Assembly (NCBI GenBank): GCA_951406725.2
Contig: OX597815.1
Coordinates: 58,714,001-58,778,000 of the forward strand
Direction of reading: 5' to 3'
Length of the DNA stretch: 64,000 nt
Source: Octopus vulgaris
Taxonomy: Eukaryota
Part shown: in pieces, positions 12,681 through 24,690 of the stretch
Layout: the number at the start of each line of letters is the position of its first letter
Position numbering within the stretch: position 1 is the stretch's first letter
Notes under the pieces: generated by a model
Told to the model about the DNA's origin: nothing
The model's input: only the letters and a program-made list of their open reading frames with translations
Database searches by the model: none
Program-made: the position numbers and the translations under genes

Positions 12681-13425
12681 CAACCAACAATTTTCATCAC
12701 ACCAAGATAGAATTACCATTTTTAGCCTATTTTGAAAAAATATCTTAAAAATTACTCACTTTATCCAACTAAAACATGATGAACAATTCAATTAACAGAT
12801 TATGCATTTCTTAGAAGAGTTAATTTCAACTTTTTCCATATGCAACAATTGGTAATTTTATAGCTCTTTTTAACTTAGAAAATAAAATTTCTGAAGAATT
12901 ATGCTTTAAATAGTTGAAACCCGCCCCCCAAAAAAAAAATTAGAAAAAGAACATTAATTTGGTCTAATTTTACAGTTCTTCTGGTGCTTACAGCTTGGCA
13001 AATTAGACCAGTGAGAGTCAAATGTCAAGGTCATAGTATGAATAGCATAACACCTTGACTGAGCATACAACCATTAAAATATACTTACTCATTTGTGTCA
13101 ATAGCAAGAGATGTCTTTGAGAAGATTTCATTTATATCTCCATTACTAGGAGCTTCTGCTTTACTTTCAGTAGCTTGCAGCATTTGATTAGAATTGATAC
13201 CCAGTGGTACTGCATGTGGGCTTGTCTAAAAGAACAGTAAAAAATAAAAATAAAAAATTAGCAAAAGCATTTCTAACATTATATCACTTATTTCATAATC
13301 ATTTGAACATATATTTCAAAGTCATTTTTGTCTCAATTTTTGGCTGGCTGCAGTTTCCCAATTTATACTGGTTGCTTATTTTCAAAATCTTTAACATTTG
13401 AAATTCCATTTTCCTATTATGTCAT

Positions 13426-13600
13426 ATCATCATCATTTAATGTCTTTTCTTCTCCAAGCTAGCATGAGTTGAAGAACAGACAAATCAGGGGGCTCTGCCT
13501 GGTTTGGTATGGTTCCTACAGCTGGATGCTGTTCCTAATACCAACTACTTAACAGAGTACTGGGTGCGTTTTACATGACATCAGCACCAGTGAGGCTGCC
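13426..13600 (-). mobile_element. RTE-type 3' tail or SINE fragment
   Basis: catcatcatttaatgtc..gctagcatg..ctacagctggatg matches the RTE tails. Confidence 0.6.
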
Positions 13601-13888
13601 AAATAGCTGTAAGATAAGTCCTCTCAACTGAGCTGGGTATAGAATAGAGGAATAAGAACCTATGATAGGAGAGGAGCAGGTTATTTTGTTGAAAATGTGA
13701 ATACATGGCTTATCTATCTGAAAAGTGAGAAGAAAGAATGAGAGAAAGAAACAAATTTGAGTTCCAGGTACAATGTGAATATGAGACAGAAGAGGATAGA
13801 AAAGCAGAAAAGGTGGATGTATAGGTAAGTATACTGAGTGAAAATAGTGTGACAAATGACAGAGAAGGGGAGGTGGGGACATGGCTTA

Positions 13889-15090
13889 GAGGACAACTGG
13901 AAGTTCCTGTGGGACAATTTGGTCAGTGGAGAGGGACACTGACCAAATCTTGGCTGGTGTAAAGTCCCAGCTAGACCATGAGTGGCATGGTGGTGGAGAA
14001 GGTGGACAGTGCTATAAAAGCAAAGAGACTGGCCTGGAAAGACTGGAAAATAGTGGAAGCAGAGAATTATATCAGGGAGCCAAAAGGAAAGCTAGGTGAC
14101 AGATTTAAATACCAAAATGAATAGCAGAAGGTAAGAGGTTTGCCAATGTTTTACAACATGAAGATCAGAGGTGGGACGAGTTCAGGATTGCAAAGCAGTG
14201 TATCAAAGAGAATAGAGATGTGCTGGGTGAGAAATGTGAGCGAATGGATAATGGTATGCTTGCACTTAGTAACTTAAAGAAGAAAGATGTGTGGAAGTGT
14301 CAGTATGAAAGGTTATCAAATGTGGAAAATAAATGGGAGAAGGAGAGAGTCTTTCAAATATCAAACCAATTGAGGCACCAGCCATCAGAGTTGATAGCAG
14401 TATAATAGACAAGGCAATTAAGAAAATGAAGGCAGGGAAATCTGCCTTCATTTTCACTGGGTATCACTGCTGAGATGATTAAAATATCTGGCAGTGTGGA
14501 ATACAGCCTAGTCACTTGCATAGTTAATCAGGTTATTCAGGAAGGTATCATCCCCAATGACTGCTGTAGTAGTATTATAGCTAACTGCTATAAGGATAAA
14601 GGTGATGCCTTAGATAGAAACAACTACAGAGGTATGAAACTGCTGGACCAGGTCATGTAAGTTACGGAGAAAGTTATAGTTCAAGTAATTAGAAATAAAA
14701 TTAAACTAGATGAGATGCAGTTTGGTTTTGTTCCTGGGAGGAGTGCCACGGATGCCATCTTCCTAGTGAGACAGTTGCAAGAAAAGTATTTGACCAAAAG
14801 TAAACCACTGTACTTAGCTTTCATCAACCTGGAGACAGTTTTTGACAGAGTTCCCCGCTCTGTTATCTGGTAGTCTCTTAAGAAGCGAGGAGTAGAGGGG
14901 TAGATTGCTAGAGCTGTACAAACTATGTACAGTGGTACTGAAAGTGGATGGTACCTATAGAAAAGGGAGACCAAGGAAGACGTGGGATGAAGTAGTGAGG
15001 GCTGATTTCAGGATGTTAGTGCTTATGAAGGAAATGAAAATGGAACAAGATGTCTGGCAATATGAGGTTCTAGAGAAGACCCACCCATAT
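13889..15090 (+). mobile_element. Old RTE LINE fragment with internal deletion
   Basis: GEKCERMDNG, IIANCYKDKGDALDRNNYRG. Near 14935 it jumps directly to the C-terminal KGRPRKTWDEVV. Confidence 0.85.
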
Positions 15091-15889
15091 CAATGAAACT
15101 GAGTGCTAGAAGCATTGTGTCCCACCCACATGTAGCAATAAAATATTCACACACCCTACCCTAAGAAACCAAACTACATCATCTCTTCTAAACTGCATCT
15201 TTTTCTTCCTCACATTTCCTCTTCATACACTATGATTATCTCCCATTCTCCATCCTTGTTCTCACTGCCCTGCTCACTGCTTCCCTCCCACCACTTTATA
15301 TCCACATTCTCACTAATCACTGTAATCCCACCCCTACTTGCCAATACCTGGCCACGTATATCATGACACCCCCGTACCGAGGGCATGTCCTGGCAACTGC
15401 CACCATTTATCTTTCTCTTCCTTACTCTACCATCCCATCTATGCTCTGATCCTTGTTCCTTGTGAGTATACCCTGGTACTTCACCTTCCTCTCTCTCCTG
15501 CTCTATCTTGCACTTTTACTGTCTCACACTCTCTCTCTCATCCTTGCTCTTTCCTCTGGCTGGGTAGCCATGTATCTCCTCTACAGCAGAACACCTGTTC
15601 CTGCCCTCATTCTTGATCTCTCTCTCTCCCTCCTTCTCTTACTCTTCCCTCTAGATAGGTAACCAAGTATCTCCTTTACATCAGCACACCTGTTTCTGTC
15701 CTCTTCCTTGTTACCCCTCTTTCCCATTCTCTCTCTTTGGACAGATAACCATGTACCTCCTCTATAGCAAGAAACCTGCTTTTGTGTGTCTGTCACACAC
15801 TAACCTTTCATTATCTGACACAAGATCACCTCCTCCAATGCCCCCTCCCCTCTCAAAATTCCTTGTCTTCAAGTTACTTGGTGACTCTT

Positions 15890-16120
15890 CTGGTGCTGGT
15901 CCCACATAAAAAGCATTCAGTCCACACTGTAAAGTGGTTGTCATTTGGAAGGAGATCCAGCTGTAAAAACCATGCCAAAACTGACCTCACATGTGCTGGT
16001 GCCACACGAAAAGCACTCAGTGCACTCTGCAGAGTGGTTGGTGGCTGGCTCCTGTCAAACTACCCAACCCATTCTGGCATGGCAAGCAGACATTAAATGA
16101 TGATAATGATGATGATGATT
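15890..16120 (+). mobile_element. RTE-type 3' tail with (GAT)n
   Basis: atccagctgtaaaaacc..ccaacccattctggcatggcaagcagacattaaatgatgat. Confidence 0.65.
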
Positions 16121-16269
16121 AGAGATAGGAAATGAGTTGACTGCAGAGGTTATCAGTCCAGTGTAGGGAGAAGTACAGAAAATATGTTAACAGAGAAGAT
16201 TGATGGAAGAGTGGGTGTCAGAAGATGAGTTGTTGGGGAAGGTTTGATGGAGTTTCAGTTCTGCTGAGA

Positions 16270-18090
16270 TGGACAGCTCTTCTCAAGCACAGTATATCAC
16301 CATTCATCCTAATCCTTCATCTACTCTGAGAGACCACTTTGTCCCACATCTGCCACAGGTTTCTTCCATGTTTAATGATTGGTACTTCTTAATACAACTG
16401 GCCTCAGCCATCTGCATCACATTCATCTACTTCTTGCTTTCACAGTGACCACCAGATGAGTACTTAGCAAAAGGTGATTTATTTTTTCTAAATAGTTCTG
16501 TAATTGCTGAACTACAGAGAGAGTATTGGTAGTGCTTCTCTGGCATGAAACTAAACAGCATCTCATCTAGATAAACTCTCTAGTTAGCTGACCCATGACT
16601 TTTTCAGTGACTTTTGTAACCTGGTCCAGTAATTTGATACCTTTGCAATTACTTCTTTCTGAGGACTCTCCTTTACCCTTGTAACAGTTGACTATAATGC
16701 TGCTACACCAATTATTGGGTATGATGCCTTTCTGTACAACCTGATTAACTATACGAATGACTAGGTCCATCCTACACTGCCAAATATTTTAAGCATTTTA
16801 GGGCTCATTCCTGATGGACCAGGGATTTTCTCAATCATCATTTTGATAATAAGCTTATAACACTATCAACATGAATGCCTGGACCAAGACTCTTCTTCAC
16901 ATGCACTTTCCACACTTAAAAACCATTCATAATAGTACTTGCATGCCTCCTTTCCACGATCACTAAATGCAAGCATGCCATCAACTTTCCATACACATTT
17001 CTCCCCCACATCTTGATTTGTTCCTTGCAAACTGGAACATCTCATACCTTTGATCCTTGTGGTGTAGAGCATTGGCAAACCTCTTCTTTTCTAGCTCTCC
17101 TTTTGCTAAATAGCCCTGTCTTCTAGCTACCTGATAAAGTTCTCTGCTGTCCCTATTATTCCAAATCTGCCAACACCGAAACTTCACATTTTATTGCTCT
17201 CTCTATTTCCCTGTTCCACTACCACATCACCCTTGATCTTGCTGGAATTCCTTTTCATCAAATGCTTTTATTAGTATGCTATTAAATTTCTGACTGTTTG
17301 AAGGAACCCTAAACTTCCAAGTCTTCCTTTACAAGATTGGTTCACATCTCTGAGACCCTCTAGCTGTATGTCGGAAGTCACAACTAACCTATGTTGGAGA
17401 ATACAGTCTTCCCCAGGAGAGGATTTTCCATTCACAAGTATCTAACTAAACTGTTTTCTGGTGAGAATGCTGTCAATCTGGCTTTTATGTGCACTAAATT
17501 CATAGGTGATCAAGTGGCTGAGTTTTCTGAAGTTAGTGATGCAGATCAAGAAGTCATTAGCATCACAAAATTCGATCAGCCTTGTTTCCTCCTCATTTCC
17601 AGAATCACAGCCATAACCTCTATGTTAACTATGAAATCCATTGGAGTACTGCCTATCATGTCTGTTGAAATCACCAGCCACAGTAGTGAAGTCATTGTCA
17701 TCCATCAACAAGGTATCTTCTGAAAGAACTCATAGAAGTGATCCTTCAGTTCATCTCTCAGTCCAAGTTGTGGGGCATATGCTGAGTTAAATATTACTGT
17801 TGTATAATTTAATACTAATCTTAGCTTAACAATTCTATCACACACTCTGGCTGCCTCAACCACTTTATCTAGACATCTCTCTGCTAAGAGTATTCCTATA
17901 CCCCAACACCTTCACTGCTACCTACCCAGAAGAATTTATACTTCTGATTTCTATCAGAGAAGTCTAGTAGAGGTTTCTCTCCATCTCATCACTTGTACAA
18001 AGCACACATCTACACATATGTGCTCTAACATTTCAACAATCTCACTGGACAGGCCTTTCATTGTGCAACATTCAACACGGTAGCCTGAGG
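16270..18090 (-). mobile_element. Highly decayed RTE LINE including the AP-endonuclease N-terminus
   Basis: APE-like motifs (EIVEMLE..VDVC.VQ..RW near 17980-18050; SAYAPQ near 17770) and RT N-terminal motifs (IVNCYKGKG). Confidence 0.8.
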
Positions 18091-18290
18091 AAGCGGACTT
18101 TGGAACAGTGAGGGGAGGTGAGTAAGATTGGTTTAAATTTCTGGAAAGATGTTTTTAAGCATCTGTAACCAGGTAATGAGTTTTTCAAAATAGCTTATGA
18201 AAACAGATACTTATTTCTCAATGACTGACGCATTTTCCTCAATCTCATCAAAAGTATCAATGGTATATGTATGACATGTAAGCAGGCATA

Positions 18291-19521
18291 TAGGGGTTGG
18301 ACAAAATAATGGAAATACCTAGCATCATAGCATCATAATTTTGAAATATCTATAAAACCATCAAAAGCTTGTTTATTTTTATATTTTTTTATTTATTATT
18401 AGTGTTCCTTAATATGTTTTGCTGTTTCTTTTCAGACATCATCAGAAAAGATAATTAAAATTCATTAAAATGACAGATCTATCGGACTTTCAAAGAGGTT
18501 AAATTGTTGGTGCTCATATGGCATATAAAGAAGTACTGTCTCAAAAGTAATGACAGCCTTTGAAAAAGAGGGAAAAACTCCTCGTCGAAACAAAACTCTG
18601 GAAGAAGGTCAAAACTTTCAGATAGGGACCGTCAGATTCTTACATGAATTGTTAGAAAAGATCACAAAAGTACAGCTCCCAAAATTACTGCAGAGCTTAA
18701 TGATCACCTCGAGAACCCAGTTTCCACAAAAACCGTTCACTTGGAGCTGCACAAAGCCAGATTTCATGGGAGGGCTGCAATCAGAAAACCACTACTTTCA
18801 AAAACAAACATTGCAAAGCGTTTAGAGTGGAGTAAAAAAGCTACAGAATTGGTCTCTAGAGCAGTGGAAGAATGTTATTTTCTCAGACAAGTCATCCTTT
18901 ACCTTATTTTCGACCACCGACCAAGTAAACATGTGGAGACAGCCAAAAGAAGCATTTGACCCAGACTGCTTTCTTCCAGCTGTTAAACACAGAGGAGGAT
19001 CTGTGAAAATCTGGGGGGGGGGGCTATATCTTGGAAATCCAGTGGCCCAATGGTTTCCCTTCATGGCAGAATTAATAGTGAAGACTATTTAAGCATTTTA
19101 TTTGATCAAATTCATCCTATGGTCGCGGAATTGTTTCCAGAGGGAAATGCAATATTTCAGGATGATAATGCAGCAATTCACATAGCTAAAGTCGTTACTG
19201 AATGGCACGAGGAACATTCTAGTGAAGTTGAACATCTTATCTGGCCACCACAATCCCCAGATCTCAATATCATTGACCATTTATGGTGCATTTTAGAAAA
19301 ACAAGTAAGGAGTTGATATCCTCCACTATCATCACAACAAGAACTAGAGACTGTATTAGCTGAAGAATGGACAAAATTTCCTTTGGAAACAATTCAAACT
19401 TTGTACAAGTCCATACCTCATAGAATTCAAGCTGTAATTACGGCCGAAAGCAGTCCAATCCCATAGTAAAATAAATTTGTTTGCAATTTTAAGGTGTTTC
19501 CATTATTTTGTCCAACCCCTG
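18291..19521 (+). mobile_element. Tc1-like DNA transposon, 1231 bp, decayed transposase
   Basis: TA-flanked TIRs (t/c)aggggttggacaaaataatggaaa(t/c)acc. Fragmented transposase from 18470 (MTDLSDFQRG, ELHKARFHGRAAIRKPLL, FQDDNA, WPPQSPDLN). Confidence 0.95.
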
Positions 19522-19590
19522 TATACGAACACACATTCCATATATGACTAACACAGATATCACCATAACCAACTATATATAAACATACAA

Positions 19591-22017
19591 CAGGGAAGCA
19601 GATAAGAAAAAATCTGCCAATGTTCTGCACCGTGGTATTTCATGTTGCAAGACAGTATGTGATAGAGAATGTTGTAGGAGAGAAATCTGTTCGCATGGAT
19701 GATGGCTCACTTGCACTAACCAAGACTGCAAAGAGAGTGGTTTGGAGACGCCACTATGAAAGGTTGCTCAATAAAGAAAATGAATGGGAGAAAGAGAGTC
19801 TGCCAAATGTTGACCCAACAGAGGGACCAGCTGAGTTGACAGTACCTTGGTAGATAAAACAATTAAGAGTATGAAGACAGGGAAAGCTCCTTGCCCATCA
19901 GGAATCACTGCAGAGATGCTCAAAATATCTGGCAGTGTCGGCTATAAAGCAGTCACCGGTACAGTTAACCAGGTGATACACGAAGGATTCATACCCAATG
20001 ACTGGTGTAGCAGCACTATAGTCAACTGCTACAAAGGAAACAGTGACACTTTAAATATAAATAATTACAGAGGTATCAAGTTGTTAGTTCAGGTTATGAA
20101 GGTCACAGAGAGGGTCATAGCCCAACTAATTAGGGAGAGAGTCAGTTTAGATGAGATGCAGTTTGGCTTTGTGTCCGGGAAAAGCACCACTGATGCTATA
20201 TTTCTGGTAAGACAGCTGCAGGAGAAATATCTAGCCAAAGATAAACCTCTGTACCTGGCTTTTAATGACATGGAGAAAGCCTTTAACAGGGTCCCCTGAT
20301 CCCTTATCTGGTGGTCAATGAGGAAACTAGGGATAGTTGAATAGTTAGTGAGAGCTGTGCAAGCCATGTACAGGAACACTGTCAGTAAGGTGAGGGTTGG
20401 CAACGGGTACACTGAAGAGTTCCTGGTGGAGGTAGCGTTCCACGAAGGTTCAGTCCTTAGCCCCCTCCTATTTATCATAGTCCTCCAGGCAATAGTAGAG
20501 GAATTCAAGAGAGGATGCCCATGGGAGCTCCTCTATGCTGACGAACTTGTTCTAATTGCTGAGTCACTATCAGAACTGGAGGAGAAGTTTCAGGTGTGGA
20601 AACAAGGATTAGAATCAAAGGGCCTCAGAGTCAACCTAGCTAAAACCAAAGTCCTAATAAGTAGGAAAGCAGGCAAACCACAAACCCCTTCAGGTAGATG
20701 GCCCTGCTCGATCTGTAGAAAAGGCGTAGGTAGAAACTCTATAAGATGTACCCAGTGTAAGCTATGGACACATAAGAGGTGCAGTAATATCAAAGGAAAG
20801 CTAACTGGGAAGATAGTTTTTGTATATGGCAGATGCTCAGGAGCAATAAACACTGAAAATGTGTAGAGAACAACTTGTGCCACATTTCAGGGAGAAAAAC
20901 TAGAAGTAGTTGATAGCTTCCGTTACCTAGGTGACCAAGTCAGTAGTAGGGGAGGGTGCGCTGAAAGTGTAGCTGCTAGAATAAGAATAGCCTGGGCAAA
21001 GTTCAGAGAGCTGGTGACAAAGGCCCTCTCTCTCTCTCAGAGTAAAAGGTAGACTATATGACACATGTGTACGAACAACCATGCTACATGGCAGCGGATC
21101 ATGGGTTGTGACTGCTGAGAACACGTGTAAGCTTGCAAGGAATGAAGCCAGTATGATCCAATGGATGTGTAATGTCAGTGTGCATATTTGACAGAAAAAT
21201 TGGACCAAAGAAGCATCAGATGTAGTGTGCAAGAGAGATGACTGCGCTGGTATGGTTATGTGGCAAGAGTGGATGAGGATAGCTGTGTGAAAAAGTGCCA
21301 CACCCTAGCTGTTGAGGGAACCTGTGGAAGAGGTAGACCCAGGGAGACCTGAGATGAAGTGGTGAAGCACGATCTTTGAACATTAAGCCTCACCGAGGCA
21401 ATGACTAGTGACAGAGACTTTTGGAAATATGCTGTGCTAGAGAAGACCCGGCAAGCCAAATGAGACCATAACCTCGTGGCCTATGTCAGGGGCATAACCA
21501 GCCCACTTATGCATACCTTTTGTTCATTGGACACTAAACCTGTTGAGGCAAGTGAAATCGAAATCAAATTCGATGACTAGCATCCGTGCTAGTGGAGCTC
21601 TAGAAGCACCATCCAAGCGTGATTGTTGCCAGAGCGGCTAACTGGTCTCCGTGCCGGTGGCATGTAAAAAGCACCATTCGAGCATGATCGTTATCAGTGT
21701 CGCCTTACTGGCACATGAAAAAAACATTCGAGCAAGGTCGTTGCCAGTGCTGCTGGACTGGCTCCTGTGCAGGTGGCATGTAAAAAACACCATTTGAGCA
21801 TGGCCATTGCCAGTACCGCCTGACTGACCCTCATGCCAGTGGCACGTAAAAGCACCCACTACACTCTCTGAGTGGTTGGTGTTTGGAAGGGCATCCAGCT
21901 GTAGAAACTCTGCCAGATCAAGATTGGAGTCTGGTGCCGCCATCTGGTTTGCCAGTCCTCAGTCAAATCGTCCAACCTATGCTAGCAAGGAAAGCAGACG
22001 TTAAACGATGATGATGA
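19591..22017 (+). mobile_element. RTE LINE 3' portion with 3' UTR and (GAT)n tail
   Basis: RT fragments 19620-20866. Tail ccaacctatgctagcaaggaaagcagacgttaaacgatgatg. Confidence 0.93.
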
Positions 22018-22138
22018 GCCCTGCCTGTGAGGACCCTGGCTGAAGTTCCTCTCCACCTTACCTCTTATATGCAGCATACATCAACATGCCTCTGTCCAAG
22101 TATCTCTACAATCTCGCTTGACCTACATTTCAATGTGC

Positions 22139-22314
22139 CTATGTGGTAAAAAGCTTGCTTCCCAACCACATGGTTCCAGGTTCAGTCCAACAGCATGGCA
22201 CCTTAGGCAAGTTTCTTCTACTATTACCTAAGGCCAACCAAAGCCTTGTTAGTGGATTTGGTAGACAGAAACTGAAAGAAGCTGTGAGTGAGTGAGTGAG
22301 TGAGTGAGTGAGTG

Positions 22315-22369
<55 letters not shown>

Positions 22370-22558
22370 TTGTATGTCTGTGTTTGATCCCCACTCACCA
22401 TCGCTTGACAACCAATGTTGGTGTGTTTAGCGGTTCAGCAAAAGAGACCAATAGAATAAGTATTAGGCTTACAAAGAATAAGTCTTGGGGTCGATTTGTT
22501 CAACTAAAAGCGGTGCTCCAGCATGGCTGCAGTCAAATGACTGAAACAAGTAAAAGAA
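22139..22558 (+). mobile_element. tRNA-derived SINE with internal (GT)n and CR1-like 3' tail
   Basis: B box ggttcagtcc. Tail gcggtgctccagcatggctgcagtcaaatgactgaaacaagtaaaaga. Confidence 0.85.
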
Positions 22559-22722
22559 TATATATGTATATATATAGACAGACAGAGAATGATAAATGTG
22601 AGTGTATATATATATATATATGTGTGTGGGTTTGTATGTATGCATGTGTGTATATGTATATATTTATATATAACTCATGCTAGCATGGAAAACGGACGCT
22701 AAACGATGATGATGATGATATG

Positions 22723-22755
<33 letters not shown>

Positions 22756-22759
22756 TTAT

Positions 22760-24690
22760 TTCTGTTAATGTTCTGTTTGGATGCCCTTCCAAACATGAGG
22801 ACAAGATACTTGAAGTGTTTTGAATTACAAGGCAGTGTGTGAGAGAAAAATCATGATGTCATAGGAGAGAAATGTGCCTGCATGGATGATAGTTCATTTC
22901 CATTTGAGGATTTTGCAAAGAAAGAGGTTTGGAAATGCCATTATGAAAGACTACTAAATGTGGAGAATGCATGGGATAAGAAGTGTCTGCCAAATGTAGA
23001 CCCAACTGAGGGACCAGCTATCCAAATTGACAGTAGCTTGGTAGATAAAGCAATTAAGGATAAGAAGAAAGTGAATCCCCCCCCTCCCTCATCAGGAATC
23101 ATTACTAAGATGCTTAAATTTTTTGACAACCTGTGATAAAAATGATATAATTACAGATGTATCAAATTGCTGGACCAGAAAGGGTTGTAGCTCAATTAAT
23201 TAGGAAGAGATTTAGTGTAGATGGGATGCATTTAGTATAGATGGGGTACAGTTCAGGTAGGAGCACAGCTGATGGTATATTCTTGGTCAAGCAACTGCAG
23301 GAGAGGTATTTAGCCAAAAATAAACCTTTGTACCTGGCTTTTGTTGACATGGAGAAAGCTTTTGACAGGATCCCTCACTCCCTTATCTGGTAGTCAATGC
23401 TAAGGATAGATGAGTGGTTAGTCAGAGTGATACAAGCTATGTACAAGGATGCTGCCAGTAAGGTGAAGGTTGGCAATGGGTATAGCAATGAATTCAGTGT
23501 ACAGGTGGGAGTTCACCAAGGTTGAGTTCTCAGCCCTCTCTTGTTTATCTTAGTCCTCCTGGCCTTAACAGAGGAATTCAAGACCAGCTGTCCCTGGGAG
23601 CTCCTATACCCCGATGATCTTGCTCTTATAGTTGAATCACTAGCTGGCCTAGAGAAGAAATTTCAGGTGTGGAAACAAGACCTGAAATCTAAGGGCCTCA
23701 GAGCTAATAAACAAAAATCAAAGTCCTTGTAAGTAGAAAAACAAACAATTCCCTTCTGGAAGACAGCCTTGTTTGATATGTAAGAAGGATGTTGGTAGAA
23801 ACTCCATACGTTGTACCCAGTGCAAACTTTGGACACTTAAGAGGTGTAGCAGTATCGCAGAGGAAATAATGAAGAAAATTGTCTTTGTGTGTGGCAAATA
23901 TGCAGGAACAATAAGCACTAAAATTGTGCAGACAATAGACTCCCTCAAATGCATGGAGGGCTCAAAAGTAGTAGATAGCTTCCGTTATATAGATCAAGTT
24001 AGCAGTGGCAGAGGAAGTTCTGAAAGTGTAGTTGCTAGAATAAGAATGGGCTGAGCAAAGTTCAGAGAGTCTCTGCCTTTGTTGGTAATTAAGAGCCTCT
24101 CCCTCAGAGTGAAAAGCTGATTGTATGATGCCTGTGTATGTACAGCTATGTTACTTGGAAGTGAAACATGGGCTTTGACTACAGAGGACTTATGAAGGCT
24201 TGAAAGAAATGAAGCTAGCATGCTCCACAGGATGGGTAATGTCAGTGTGTATACACGACAGTTGTAAATGATTTAAGAGGAAAACTGAGGCATCAGATAT
24301 TGTGTACAAGAGAGGAAACTGCGCTGGTTTGGTCATGTGACACGTATGGATGAGGACAGCTGTGTAAAGATGTGCTAAGCTTTATTGTGGAAGGGATAGA
24401 CTGAGGAAATGACAAGGGGCCGGGAGATGTGGCGATTTGTTGTACGCTTCAAGCTAAGTAAAATCGCTGTCTTCAACACGTACAGGTTTGTCCTCTCAGG
24501 TGCCGGTGCCACATAAAAAGCACCCGTGCTGGTGCTGCATAAACGCACCCAAGCTGGTGGCACATTAAAAGCACCCAGCACACTCCGTAGAAACCAAGTC
24601 ACAACAGACAATTGGAGTCTGGACAGCCCTATGTCAAACAGTTCAACCCATGCCTGCATTGAAAGCGAACGTTAAACGATGATGATGATA
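22760..24690 (+). mobile_element. Old RTE LINE 3' portion
   Basis: [20 protein letters not shown], Cys-rich insert, (GAT)n tail at 24677. Confidence 0.88.

Noticed and set aside
22139-22200. tRNA gene (also 45940-46004)
   Set aside because: A/B boxes belong to SINE heads and there is no cloverleaf
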